Shown: positions 49,797 to 59,659, numbered from the stretch's first letter. The stretch is 64,000 nt of DNA from Eubacteriales bacterium (GCA_045598385.1 JAZLLY010000028.1:1500-65499), one strand, 5' to 3'. Numbers and translations: made by a program. The notes: generated by a model from the letters alone, not told the origin.

Positions 49797-52700
49797 TCAG
49801 ACTTTTTCGACGGAAACCGTCACGTTTTCACCGTTGACGTTCCACTCTTTTGCAAATTTTTTGGGAGCGTCTGTCGAAACGGAAAGGGAGAGGGTGTCTT
49901 CGCAGATGCTCTTTTCGTTGCGCTTCGCGATCGCTTCGACCGCCGCGTTTCCGGTGACGGCGACGACGATCCTGTCGGTCACTTCAAAACCGGAATCCTT
50001 ACGCATGGTCTGGATCTTGGAAACGAGTTCTCTGACGTTGCCCTCTTCGATGAGTTCGGGCGTCAGCGTCTTGTCGAGAACGACCGTGAATTTGCCATCG
50101 GAGAGAGACTCAAAACCGTCGAGCTTCTTCATCTCGATGAGAAGATCGTCGCGCGTCAAGGTGATATCCGCGGAGAGGTGAAGCGTGATCGCGCCGTCCC
50201 GGTCAAGTTCCGCCATGGCGGCGTTGCCGTCGAGCGCGGCGAGCGCGTTCCGGATCTCGCCGAGGTATTTACCGTATTTCGGACCGACGGTGCGAAGCTG
50301 CGGCTTGAAGGAATACGAAGTAAAGTCGCTGACGTCGTTTTTGAAGACGACTTCTTTGACGTTAAGCTCGTCGGCGATCACGGCGATCAATTCGTCCGAC
50401 GGCACTTTCGTCGCGGCGACGAACATTTTGGCGATCGGCTGACGGTTCTTGATGTTGGCGGCGTTACGGCAGGCGCGGCCGAGGGTGACGGCGGCGATGA
50501 CTTCTTCCATATCGTCCATGAGTTTTTCGTCGATCAGGGATCCGTCAGCGGCGGGATAGTCACACAGATGGACGGATTCTATCGCGGTCTTGTCCACGGA
50601 GCGGACGAGATTCTGATAGATGTCTTCCGTCATAAAGGGAACGAAAGGCGCCGAGATCTTTGCGAGCGTCACGAGCGACGTGTAAAGAGTCATGTAGGCG
50701 TTGATCTTGTCCTGCGGCATATCCTTGCCCCAGAAACGGTCGCGGCAACGGCGAACGTACCAGTTGGAAAGATCGTCCACGAACTCTTCGAGCACGCGGG
50801 TCGCCTCGGGGATACGGTAGGCAAAAAGATCTTCGTCAACGGCGCGTACGGCGGCGTTGAGTTTCGAGAGAATCCAGCGGTCCATGACCGACAGAGAATC
50901 CCGCTTCAGCGTATATTTCGTCGGATCAAAGCCGTCGATATTGGCGTAAAGAACGTAAAAGGCGTAGGTGTTGAGGAACGTGCCCATGAACTTTCTCTGC
51001 CCTTCCGTCACGGCTTCCGCAAAGAAGCGGTTGGGCAGCCAGGGCGCCGAGTTGGAGTAGAAGTACCAGCGGATGGCGTCGGCGCCGAACTCTCCGAGCG
51101 CCTCGAAAGGATCGACGGCGTTGCCCTTGGATTTCGACATTTTCTGACCGTCCTTATCGAGGACGTGACCGAGCACCAGCACGTTTTTGTACGGCGCACA
51201 GTCAAAGATCAGCGTGGAGATCGCCATCAGAGAATAGAACCAGCCGCGCGTCTGATCGACGCCCTCGCTGATGAAATCGGCGGGGAACTGTTTCTCAAAA
51301 GTCTCTTTGTTTTCAAAGGGATAATGCCATTGCGCGAACGGCATGGAGCCGGAGTCGAACCAGCAGTCGATGACTTCGCTGACGCGCTTCATCGGCTTGC
51401 CGCATTTCGGGCAGCGGATCGTGACGTCGTCGATGAAGGGACGGTGAAGCTCGATATTCTCGGGACAGTTGTCCGACATGGAACGCAGCTCTTCCACGGA
51501 GCCGACGGCGTGCCGGTTGCCGCAGGCACATTCCCAGATATTGAGCGGTGTACCCCAGTAACGGTTGCGGGACAGTCCCCAGTCCTGGATGTTTTCGAGC
51601 CAGTCGCCGAAACGGCCTTTGCCGATGGATTCGGGGATCCAGTTGACGGTATTGTTGTTGCGGATAAGATTTTCCCTGACCGCGGTCATCCGGATGAACC
51701 AGGTGTCGCGGGCGTAGTAGATGAGCGGCGTGTTACAGCGCCAGCAATGCGGATATTCGTGCTCGAACTTCGGGGCGGAAAAGAGCTTACCCTCTTTGTC
51801 GAGATCGGTGAGAACCATGGGATCGGCGGTTTTGACGAACACGCCGGCGTATGGCGTTTCGCTCGTCAGATTGCCTTTGCCGTCCACGAACTGGACGAAA
51901 GGCAGACCGTATCTCGTACCGATGCGGTTATCGTCTTCACCGAAGGCGGGGGCGATATGGACGATGCCGGTACCGTCGAACATGGTGACGTAGCGGTCGG
52001 CGACGACGTAGTGACCGCGCTTGCCCTGCTTTTTTACTTCTTCGGCGGTGCAGGCGTAGAGCGGTTCGTAATCCCGTCCTTCCAGGTCCGCGCCTTTCAT
52101 TTCTTCCAGGATCTCATACGCTTTGACGCCGTCTTTGCCGAGCGGGCCGAGCACGGTGTCGAGGAGCGCTTTTGCCATATAATAGGTCATGCCGTCCGCG
52201 GCTTTGACCTTTGCGTAGGTTTCGTCGGGGTTGACGCAGAGCGCGACGTTGGAAGAAAGCGTCCAGGGCGTGGTCGTCCAGGCGAGAAAATACGCGTCCT
52301 CGCCGACACAGCGGAAGCGGACGACGGCGGAGCGCTCTTTGACGGTCTTATAACCTTGCGCGACCTCGTGGGACGAGAGCGGCGTGCCGCAGCGCGGGCA
52401 GTAGGGGACGATCTTGAAACCCTTGTAGAGCAGGCCTTTGTCGTAGATCTTTTTCAGAGCCCACCACTCGGACTCGATGAAATCGTTGGTATAGGTGACG
52501 TAAGGATGCTCCATATCCGCCCAGAAACCGACGGTGCCGGAGAAATCCTCCCACATCCCTTTGTAGTTCCAGACGGACTCTTTGCAATGGGCGATAAAGG
52601 GTGCGAGACCGTAGCTTTCGATCTGCTCCTTACCGTCGATGCCGAGTTTTTTCTCGACTTCCAGCTCGACGGGCAGACCGTGGGTATCCCAGCCGGCTTT

Positions 52701-52952
52701 GCGGGGCACGCACATCCCTTTCATCGTGCGGTAACGGGGGATCAGATCCTTGATCACGCGGGTCAGAACGTGTCCGATGTGCGGTTTTCCGTTGGCGGTG
52801 GGAGGACCGTCGTAGAACGTGAAAGGTTCGCCTTTCTTTCTTTCGTCGATGCTTTTCTCGAAAATGTGTTCCGCTTCCCAGAACTTCCGGACGGCGCTCT
52901 CGCGCTCGGTAAAGTTGAGGTCGGCCTGGACTTTCTTGTAAATTTCGCTCAT
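49797..52952 (-). CDS. ileS: Isoleucine--tRNA ligase (long, type 2 form)
   Basis: 1051 aa. PPTANGKPHIGHVLT (HIGH), KMSKSKGN (KMSKS), and CPRCGTPL / CWRCNTPL zinc knuckles. Confidence 0.97.
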   Translation of the reverse strand: MSEIYKKVQADLNFTERESAVRKFWEAEHIFEKSIDERKKGEPFTFYDGPPTANGKPHIGHVLTRVIKDLIPRYRTMKGMCVPRKAGWDTHGLPVELEVEKKLGIDGKEQIESYGLAPFIAHCKESVWNYKGMWEDFSGTVGFWADMEHPYVTYTNDFIESEWWALKKIYDKGLLYKGFKIVPYCPRCGTPLSSHEVAQGYKTVKERSAVVRFRCVGEDAYFLAWTTTPWTLSSNVALCVNPDETYAKVKAADGMTYYMAKALLDTVLGPLGKDGVKAYEILEEMKGADLEGRDYEPLYACTAEEVKKQGKRGHYVVADRYVTMFDGTGIVHIAPAFGEDDNRIGTRYGLPFVQFVDGKGNLTSETPYAGVFVKTADPMVLTDLDKEGKLFSAPKFEHEYPHCWRCNTPLIYYARDTWFIRMTAVRENLIRNNNTVNWIPESIGKGRFGDWLENIQDWGLSRNRYWGTPLNIWECACGNRHAVGSVEELRSMSDNCPENIELHRPFIDDVTIRCPKCGKPMKRVSEVIDCWFDSGSMPFAQWHYPFENKETFEKQFPADFISEGVDQTRGWFYSLMAISTLIFDCAPYKNVLVLGHVLDKDGQKMSKSKGNAVDPFEALGEFGADAIRWYFYSNSAPWLPNRFFAEAVTEGQRKFMGTFLNTYAFYVLYANIDGFDPTKYTLKRDSLSVMDRWILSKLNAAVRAVDEDLFAYRIPEATRVLEEFVDDLSNWYVRRCRDRFWGKDMPQDKINAYMTLYTSLVTLAKISAPFVPFMTEDIYQNLVRSVDKTAIESVHLCDYPAADGSLIDEKLMDDMEEVIAAVTLGRACRNAANIKNRQPIAKMFVAATKVPSDELIAVIADELNVKEVVFKNDVSDFTSYSFKPQLRTVGPKYGKYLGEIRNALAALDGNAAMAELDRDGAITLHLSADITLTRDDLLIEMKKLDGFESLSDGKFTVVLDKTLTPELIEEGNVRELVSKIQTMRKDSGFEVTDRIVVAVTGNAAVEAIAKRNEKSICEDTLSLSVSTDAPKKFAKEWNVNGENVTVSVEKV

Positions 52953-52984
52953 GGCGCGCTCCTTTTGCGATAAATATCTACGAT

Positions 52985-53013
52985 ATTATATTATAGAAGC
53001 GCGCCAAAGTCAA
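52985..53013 (-). promoter_or_regulatory. Candidate ileS promoter, leaving a ~30-nt leader with no T-box
   Basis: On the minus strand: TTGACT-17 nt-TATAAT. Confidence 0.5.
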
Positions 53014-53040
53014 GAGTTTTGCGTTTTCGGGAGAAAAAAC

Positions 53041-53070
53041 TTGACAAACGCGGGGGAAAAAGAATATAAT
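53041..53070 (+). promoter_or_regulatory. Candidate promoter of the Lrp/aminotransferase operon
   Basis: TTGACA-18 nt-TATAAT. Confidence 0.55.
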
Positions 53071-53098
53071 TTTGCTATCAAGTTTCGGAGGGAACCAA

Positions 53099-53581
53099 AT
53101 GGACAAGAAAATACTGCAATTACTGGAAGCCGACGCCCGTATCGCCGTGGCGGATATTGCCGCGATCACCGGGAAAACGGAGGAAGAAGTCAAGGCGGAG
53201 ATCTCCGGAATGGAAAAAGAGGGCGTGATCCGCGCTTATAAGGGCGTGATAGATTGGGAGCGCGTGGACGACGCGCGCGTCAGCGCCATCATCGAACTGA
53301 AAGTCGCGCCGAAAGCCGGTCTCGGCTTCGAGGACGTGGCGGAGCGTATCGCCCGTTACCCCGAGGTGGAGTCCGTCTCGCTGATGTCCGGCGCTTACGA
53401 TCTCAACGTCGTCGTCCGAGGCAAGACGTTCCGGGAAGTGGCGATGTTCGTCTCCAAGGAACTTGCCATGATCGATTCGGTGACGTCCACCGCGACACAG
53501 TTCGTCATGCGCCGTTATAAGGAATACGACGTCAATCTGATCGACAGCGATAAAGACAAAAGAGGGAACGTTTCGTTATGA
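53099..53581 (+). CDS. Lrp/AsnC family transcriptional regulator
   Basis: MDKKILQLLEADARIAVADIAAITGKTEEEVKAEISGMEKEGVIRAY is the HTH_AsnC part, followed by a RAM domain. The start is at ATG 53099. Confidence 0.88.
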   Translation: MDKKILQLLEADARIAVADIAAITGKTEEEVKAEISGMEKEGVIRAYKGVIDWERVDDARVSAIIELKVAPKAGLGFEDVAERIARYPEVESVSLMSGAYDLNVVVRGKTFREVAMFVSKELAMIDSVTSTATQFVMRRYKEYDVNLIDSDKDKRGNVSL

Positions 53582-54750
53582 TGGATTACGACAAGGCATT
53601 GTCCCCTCTTGTCCGCGAGATCAAGCCGTCCGGCATTCGCCGCTTCTTCGATCTCGCCAACACGATGGAGGACGTCATCTCTCTCGGCGTCGGTGAACCC
53701 GATTTCGCGACGCCGTGGCAGATCCGCTCGGCGGGTATCCGTTCTCTCGAACGCGGCAATACCCATTATACGGCAAACCGGGGAACGCTCCCGCTTCGCC
53801 GTGCCATCGCGGGCTATCTGCATGAAAAATACGGCACGGATTACGATCCCGAACGCGAGATCCTCGTGACCGTCGGCGGCAGCGAGGCGATCGACCTCGC
53901 TCTGCGCGCTTTGATCACGCCCGGCGACGAAGTCATAATTCCGCAGCCGAGTTATGTCTGTTACGAGCCGATCACGAAACTTCTCGGCGGTATTCCCGTC
54001 ATTTTCAGAACGGATGAAGAACACGCTTTCAAGGTGACGCCGGAGGAACTCGAAAAACTCATCACGCCGAAAACGAAAGCGCTGATCCTGCCGTATCCCT
54101 GCAACCCGACCGGCGCCATTATGGAAAGAGAAGATCTCGAAAAGATCGCAAAAGTGCTTGAAAAGACAAATATAGTTGTCATTTCTGACGAAATATACGC
54201 CGAATTGACCTTTGGAGGCAAGACACACGTGTCCTGCGCGTCCGTCCCCGGAATGTGGGAAAGGACCGTCACGGTCAACGGATTTTCCAAGGCGTTTTCC
54301 ATGACGGGCTGGCGTCTCGGCTATGCCTGCGCGCCGGCGCCGCTCGCCGCGCAGATGACGAAGATCCACCAGTACGCGATCATGTGCGCTCCCACGACGT
54401 CGCAGGACGCCGCTGTGGAAGCCCTGAAAAACGCGGAGGACGACGTCCGTCGCATGAAAGAACAGTATGACGACCGCCGCCGCGTGATCGTCAAAGGATT
54501 CAACGATCTCGGACTTCCCTGCCGTGAGCCGAAAGGCGCGTTCTACGCCTTTCCCTGCATAAGCGGCACCGGTATGACGAGCGAGGAGTTTTGTCAGAAA
54601 CTTCTGGAGGAACAGCGCGTTGCCGTCGTTCCCGGGACCGCTTTCGGCGAAGGCGGCGAGGGTTTCGTCCGCGCGTCGTACTGCTATTCCATCGAGCATA
54701 TCCGTGAGGCGCTCGTGCGGATCGGGAAGTTTTTGGAGGCACACCGCTGA
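53578..54750 (+). CDS. Class I/II PLP-dependent aminotransferase (AlaT/YugH-like)
   Basis: IKPSGIRRFFDLA, ISLGVGEPDF, NPTGA, and the PLP-lysine motif NGFSKAFSMTGWRLGY. It is ATGA-coupled to the Lrp gene, the same arrangement as B. subtilis alaR-alaT. The substrate is not determinable from sequence alone. Confidence 0.85.
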   Translation: MMDYDKALSPLVREIKPSGIRRFFDLANTMEDVISLGVGEPDFATPWQIRSAGIRSLERGNTHYTANRGTLPLRRAIAGYLHEKYGTDYDPEREILVTVGGSEAIDLALRALITPGDEVIIPQPSYVCYEPITKLLGGIPVIFRTDEEHAFKVTPEELEKLITPKTKALILPYPCNPTGAIMEREDLEKIAKVLEKTNIVVISDEIYAELTFGGKTHVSCASVPGMWERTVTVNGFSKAFSMTGWRLGYACAPAPLAAQMTKIHQYAIMCAPTTSQDAAVEALKNAEDDVRRMKEQYDDRRRVIVKGFNDLGLPCREPKGAFYAFPCISGTGMTSEEFCQKLLEEQRVAVVPGTAFGEGGEGFVRASYCYSIEHIREALVRIGKFLEAHR

Positions 54751-54870
54751 AAAGGCAGGAAAAGCGATAACGGCTTGTTGAGAGATCCTGCCGGGCAGAG
54801 CGTGGAAAAGCGGCAGACGTCCGGCGAACAGGGTTTTTGACAACCTTTATTTACAATTACAATCAATAAT

Positions 54871-54908
54871 AAAACCCCCGGAACGATCAAAGTTCCGGGG
54901 GGTTTTAA
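54871..54908. terminator. Bidirectional terminator
   Basis: AAAACCCCCGGAACgatcaaaGTTCCGGGGGGTTTT. Confidence 0.85.
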
Positions 54909-54981
54909 TAAGACCGTTTTCCGACGGGCTTGCCTTGGCGCGGTTCTTTGCGATGCCTCGGCTTCGGGCTTTCCGCCCCGA

Positions 54982-55713
54982 TCAATCGCCGACGGTCTCG
55001 CCGTACAGGATCTGCGGATAAACGGTTCTGTAATTATCGAACGCGTAGGTCAGCGGATTGGTGCCTTCGTTGAGAAAACCGTTGGAGATTGTGAAAGACA
55101 TCTCATCTCCGCTTTTGAGTGTCAGAATCAGTTTATCGTATCTGCCGCCGCAGATATCGTATTCTTTGACTGACAGCGTTGCGTCTTTGAGGAACGCGAG
55201 GTTATAGGTAATATCGCGCGGATCGGTGCTTTGTGTCACTTTCGGTGTTGCGTAGGCGGGACTGACGCCGATATACGCCCATTCGATCCGGACCGAGGAG
55301 ACGTCCTCTTCCGTCAGGTCTGCGAGCGCGGGATACAGAGAAGAGAGCGTCACGCCGTTTTTTCCACGGTAAAGAAACGCCAACGTCGTGTCGTTTCCCG
55401 GCATGGTAAAGGTGTATTCCAGCAGCGTTTCCCCGTCTTTTTCCACGGTTTTTCCGTAGCTGACGTTCTCACCGTCGATCTGCATCACGACGTCGGCGTC
55501 GTCGAGCGGAACGCAATGGAACGTGAGCGTTTCACCGGGACGGATCTTTTCGGGATTATTTTCCGGCTTGTCGTAGATCAGTCCGTTTTCGTCCAGAACA
55601 GTCAGACGGCGGGCGCCTATCTTCAGCGCGTCAAGAATGGGCGTGACGCCGCTACAGGCACAAAGACAGAAAATTGAAAACAATAGTAGTAAAACCGACA
55701 AATATTTTTTCAT
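54982..55713 (-). CDS. Hypothetical lipoprotein
   Basis: MKKYLSVLLLLFSIFCLCAC is a signal peptide with a lipobox. No domain was recognised. It lies downstream of the protease gene on the same strand. Confidence 0.6.
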   Translation of the reverse strand: MKKYLSVLLLLFSIFCLCACSGVTPILDALKIGARRLTVLDENGLIYDKPENNPEKIRPGETLTFHCVPLDDADVVMQIDGENVSYGKTVEKDGETLLEYTFTMPGNDTTLAFLYRGKNGVTLSSLYPALADLTEEDVSSVRIEWAYIGVSPAYATPKVTQSTDPRDITYNLAFLKDATLSVKEYDICGGRYDKLILTLKSGDEMSFTISNGFLNEGTNPLTYAFDNYRTVYPQILYGETVGD

Positions 55714-55768
55714 GTCAGAACCTCCGAAGACAGTTTGTTTTTGGGCATCGCAACATCGCGTGGGCGTA

Positions 55769-57100
55769 TCAATACTGTGTGAGAGTCGCTTCCGTGATCG
55801 GGATCGTCACGTCCGTCTCTTCCCCGTCTCTGACGATGTGGAAGACGACGGAGGAGCCGACGCGCGCGTTGAGCATATTATCGACGACGTGGAAGATACG
55901 CGTGACGGCGTAGGTGCTGCCGTCTATGGTAACGGAGGTGATGACGTCTCCCGCCTGCAGAATGCCTTCGGCGGCACCGCCTTCGTTGACGGCGCTGACG
56001 GTCACTTTCTCGCGGATGTGGACTTTTCCGGTCTCCATATTCATTTCACTGTAGGATTCCGCCGCTTCGACCGTGATGCCGACCATACAGCGGTAAAGAT
56101 GTTCTTCTTCCTTGCCTTCGCAATAATAAATGATATTGTTCGCGACGTAGATCGCGACGTTGGAGGGAATGGCGTAGCCGATATTATCGACTGAGGTATC
56201 GGCGAGCTTGGCATTGACGATACCGATGAGTTCTCCGTTTTTGTTGTAGAGACCGCCGCCGGAGTTACCGCCGTTGACGGCGGTGTCCACGCGCATGACG
56301 CGCATGGAAAGCGTGCTGACATCGTCCGCCGCTTTCATAGTGATATTTTCGCTGACGACGTTGATATGACCGACCGTCGCGGAGAGACCGAGACCTTCGG
56401 GATTGCCGATGGCGATCGCGGTCTCCAGCACCGATACGTCGTCGGAGTTGGCGATCTGCACTTGCGTCGCGTGGCTGGCGCGGAGCACTTCGCTGTTCGA
56501 GACTTTCAGAATGGCGATGTCGTAGTACATGGATCCGCCGACGTAGGTCGCGGGGATGGCGTATTGCGAACTTTCCTGACCGTAGAGATAGACCTTGATA
56601 TTGTCGCTGATCTTGTTCTCGGTGATCGCGGAAGAATAATAGACGACGTGATAGTTCGTGATGATATAGGCGGAGCCCGTCGATTTATCGAGTTTGTAGA
56701 TGACGCCGGCGCCGGCAAAGGACTTCGGATCCGGGGTGATCGTCTGATAGCCCTGTCTCGGCGACCAGGTCTGATATGACTGTCCCTGGAACGTCGTGAT
56801 GATCGAGACCGTGGAAAGCAACGCGGCGGAGGCGGCGAGCAGGTCGGAGCCCTCGTCGTCAGGGACGGTCACGGCGTAGGTGTCGCCCTCCTCAATCGTG
56901 AGATTTTGCGCGGCTCTCGCCACTTCCTCGTTGATCATCCTTTGCAGTTCGGCTTCGGTGAGATACATGACGTCGCCGTCATTCTGCGTATAACCGCCGC
57001 TTACGCCGGCGTCGTCGAAAAACGACGAGAAATCGTAATACAGGCAGGATGAAAGAGAAAGCGTCAGAACGAGGACAAGACACAAAAGGGTACGTTTCAT
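55769..57100 (-). CDS. S1C (HtrA/DegP-like) trypsin-type serine protease with a C-terminal PDZ domain
   Basis: Signal/anchor sequence, then the His motif YIITNYHVV, the Ser motif TAVNGGNSGGGLYNKNGELIGIV, and PDZ-like GILQAGDVITSV. Confidence 0.85.
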   Translation of the reverse strand: MKRTLLCLVLVLTLSLSSCLYYDFSSFFDDAGVSGGYTQNDGDVMYLTEAELQRMINEEVARAAQNLTIEEGDTYAVTVPDDEGSDLLAASAALLSTVSIITTFQGQSYQTWSPRQGYQTITPDPKSFAGAGVIYKLDKSTGSAYIITNYHVVYYSSAITENKISDNIKVYLYGQESSQYAIPATYVGGSMYYDIAILKVSNSEVLRASHATQVQIANSDDVSVLETAIAIGNPEGLGLSATVGHINVVSENITMKAADDVSTLSMRVMRVDTAVNGGNSGGGLYNKNGELIGIVNAKLADTSVDNIGYAIPSNVAIYVANNIIYYCEGKEEEHLYRCMVGITVEAAESYSEMNMETGKVHIREKVTVSAVNEGGAAEGILQAGDVITSVTIDGSTYAVTRIFHVVDNMLNARVGSSVVFHIVRDGEETDVTIPITEATLTQY

Positions 57101-57310
57101 ATTAACCTCCGTAAAGAGTGTCCGATATTGTCGGATGTTTTATTCCGATTCTATTATACATCGTTTTTCTTTATTATACAAGCGGAAAATGAACGGCGCG
57201 TTAACGGTGTGTAAAATAAAGATGGCGGCAGGCCGGCGCAAGCACGGAAACGCCCGGCACGGTGGGGTTCGCAAACGACGAAAACCGAGCAAAGAGACGG
57301 CTTGAAAGCG

Positions 57311-57339
57311 TTGACACGGCGGGCGCGGTATGCTACAAT
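57311..57339 (+). promoter_or_regulatory. Candidate birA promoter
   Basis: TTGACA-17 nt-TACAAT. Confidence 0.55.
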
Positions 57340-57360
57340 AAGAAAAAAGGAGGGTTTGAT

Positions 57361-58113
57361 ATGCGAGGAAACATAAAGTTGCCGGACGGATATTTCTGCC
57401 CTCTTTTTCACGTCCGCAAGACGGCGTCCACGAACGATCTCGCTCTTGCTTACGGAAAAAGCCGCGGCGGTGACGCCGTTTTCCTCGCCGACCGGCAGAC
57501 GAACGGGCGCGGCCGCGGGGATCACTCGTTTTTGTCCCCGGTGGGCGGTCTTTACGTCTCGTATCTTTTTCATCCCGACGGAGCGGCGGAAAAAACGCAT
57601 ATTACGGTCGCCGCCGCCGTGGCGGTGACGGAGGCGCTCCGCGACGTGTGCGGGATCCATGCACGGGTGAAATGGGTGAACGACGTGTATCTGGACGGCA
57701 GAAAAGCCGCCGGGATCCTCGCCGAGGGCGCCGTGGAAGACGGCGGATACCGCTTTGCCGTCGTCGGGATAGGGATCAATCTCAAAGACGTCTGCGGAAA
57801 AATCGGGATCGCCGACATCGCGACGTCGGTCGAGGAAAAAAACGGGATCGTCCCGAAAAGGCGCGTGCTTCTGACCGCCGTGCTGTCCCGTTTCAGAGAG
57901 GCGCTGGCAAACGAAGAAGAAACGATGAAAAAATACAAGGACGCCTGCTTCGTGATCGGCACGGACGTCGAGGTGTCGGACGGTGAGGCGGTCTATGACG
58001 CGCACGTGACGGGCATGACGGAGGACGGCGCGCTCGTCCTGCGGATGACGGACGGCAGGGAGAAAATCTTACACGCCGGAGAAGTCCATATCCGTCAAAT
58101 AAGCAAAAAATGA
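57361..58113 (+). CDS. birA: Biotin--[acetyl-CoA-carboxylase] ligase, group I (no N-terminal HTH)
   Basis: TASTNDLA, QTNGRGRGDHSF (GRGRxG motif), and KWVNDVYLDGRKAAGIL. The start is at ATG 57361 after AAGGAGGG. The resulting 250 aa leave no room for a repressor domain. Confidence 0.88.
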   Translation: MRGNIKLPDGYFCPLFHVRKTASTNDLALAYGKSRGGDAVFLADRQTNGRGRGDHSFLSPVGGLYVSYLFHPDGAAEKTHITVAAAVAVTEALRDVCGIHARVKWVNDVYLDGRKAAGILAEGAVEDGGYRFAVVGIGINLKDVCGKIGIADIATSVEEKNGIVPKRRVLLTAVLSRFREALANEEETMKKYKDACFVIGTDVEVSDGEAVYDAHVTGMTEDGALVLRMTDGREKILHAGEVHIRQISKK

Positions 58114-58142
58114 AAACAACTATTTACAAAAAGGAAGATATA

Positions 58143-59633
58143 ATGAACGTTTATGAAGCCGTCGCGGTGCTGATCGCTTACGCAAGAAAAAGAGAATGGA
58201 TAGGCGAAGAGGACGAAATATACGTGAAGAACCGCCTCTATCACCTCCTTGGGATCCGCTCCGACGCGCCTGCCGAAGCGACGGAGGATATTCCGCTTTG
58301 TGAGATCCTTTCGGTGATGCTTGCCTACGCCGAAGAGACCGGCGTGATTGAAAAAGACAGTATCACCGTGCGGGATCTCTTCGACACGGAGATCATGGGC
58401 ATCGTGACGCCTCCTCCCTCCTGCGTTTGCCGCACGTTTTCGGAAAAATATGAAAAAGATCCCGTTTCGGCTACGGATTGGTTTTACCGTCTTGCTACGG
58501 ACACGAATTACATACGCGCCGACCGTATCGCCAAGGACGTGAAGTGGAAAACGCCCTCGGTTTACGGCGACGTCGATATCACCGTCAATCTCTCCAAGCC
58601 CGAAAAAGACCCCCGCGCGATCGCCGCGGCGAGATCGGCGCCCCAGTCGGATTATCCGAAGTGCGCGCTTTGCCACGAAAACGTCGGGTTTTCCGGCAGT
58701 CTGACGCAGGCGGCACGGCAGACGCTCCGCCAGATCCCGCTTTCCATGGGCGGTGAGAGGTGGTATTTCCAGTATTCCCCTTACGTTTACTACAACGAGC
58801 ATTGTATCGCGCTTTCGGAAAAGCACGTGCCCATGAAGATCGACAGGATGAGCTTTGAAAAGGCGCTGGACTTCGTCTCTGCGTTTCCGCATTATTTCAT
58901 CGGACAGAACGCGGATCTGCCGATCGTCGGCGGCTCGATCCTTTCGCACGACCATATGCAGGGCGGCAGATACGAATTTGCGATGGAACGCGCCGGGATC
59001 GAGATCCCCGTTACGTTTTCGGACTTCCCTGCCGTTACGGCGGGCATCGTGAAGTGGCCGCTCTCGGTCATCCGTCTTTCTTCCTCCGACAGAAACGCTC
59101 TCGTCGGTCTGGCAGACCGTATTCTCCACGCGTGGCGCGGGTACTCCGATCCCGAAGCCATGATCCTCGCGGAAAGCGACGGCGAGCCGCACAACACGAT
59201 CACCCCGATCGCGCGGATGCGCGAGGGAAAATACGAGTTGGATCTGGTTTTGCGGAACAATCGCACGACAGAGGAACATCCGCTCGGACTTTTCCACCCG
59301 CACGCCGAGCATCACAACATCAAAAAAGAGAATATCGGTCTGATCGAAGTCATGGGGCTCGCCGTCCTGCCCGCCCGTCTCAAAGGAGAGATGGCGAAAA
59401 TGGAAGAAGCGATTCTTAACGGCACGCCGTTTTCTTCGGTGCCCGAGATCGCCAAGCACGAGGCGTGGTTCGGAAAGTTCAAAGACCGTTACCGCTTTTC
59501 GCCTGAAAACGTGCGGGATATTCTCAAAGAGGAAATCGGAAAAACCTTTATCCGCGTGCTGGAGGATGCCGGCGTTTACAAGACGACCGCCGACGGCAGA
59601 AAAGCATTTTTGAAGTTTATCGCCTCCGTTTGA
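58143..59633 (+). CDS. galT: UDP-glucose--hexose-1-phosphate uridylyltransferase (type 2 GalT)
   Basis: About 500-aa Firmicute-type GalT. The N-terminus YEAVAVLIAYARKREWIGEEDEIYVKNRLYHLLG resembles Bacillus GalT. The active-site region is GGSILSHDHMQGG. ATG 58143 has an AAGGAAG RBS. The alternative ATG 58110 overlaps the birA stop. Confidence 0.85.
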   Translation: MNVYEAVAVLIAYARKREWIGEEDEIYVKNRLYHLLGIRSDAPAEATEDIPLCEILSVMLAYAEETGVIEKDSITVRDLFDTEIMGIVTPPPSCVCRTFSEKYEKDPVSATDWFYRLATDTNYIRADRIAKDVKWKTPSVYGDVDITVNLSKPEKDPRAIAAARSAPQSDYPKCALCHENVGFSGSLTQAARQTLRQIPLSMGGERWYFQYSPYVYYNEHCIALSEKHVPMKIDRMSFEKALDFVSAFPHYFIGQNADLPIVGGSILSHDHMQGGRYEFAMERAGIEIPVTFSDFPAVTAGIVKWPLSVIRLSSSDRNALVGLADRILHAWRGYSDPEAMILAESDGEPHNTITPIARMREGKYELDLVLRNNRTTEEHPLGLFHPHAEHHNIKKENIGLIEVMGLAVLPARLKGEMAKMEEAILNGTPFSSVPEIAKHEAWFGKFKDRYRFSPENVRDILKEEIGKTFIRVLEDAGVYKTTADGRKAFLKFIASV

Positions 59634-59659
59634 CAATAATTATTTACAAAAAGTTACAA

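Noticed and set aside
50178-52973. A 931-codon ORF antisense to ileS. The same pattern appears at 59698-62514 (antisense to alaS), 16241-18148 (trkA), 7294-8790 (dapA and L-box), 34894-36231 (dnaJ), 33241-34794 (dnaK), 58095-59636 (galT) and 53515-54843 (aminotransferase).
   Set aside because: I verified the in-register shadow-frame explanation for ileS, alaS and gyrBA. All of these overlap genes with unambiguous homology on the opposite strand.
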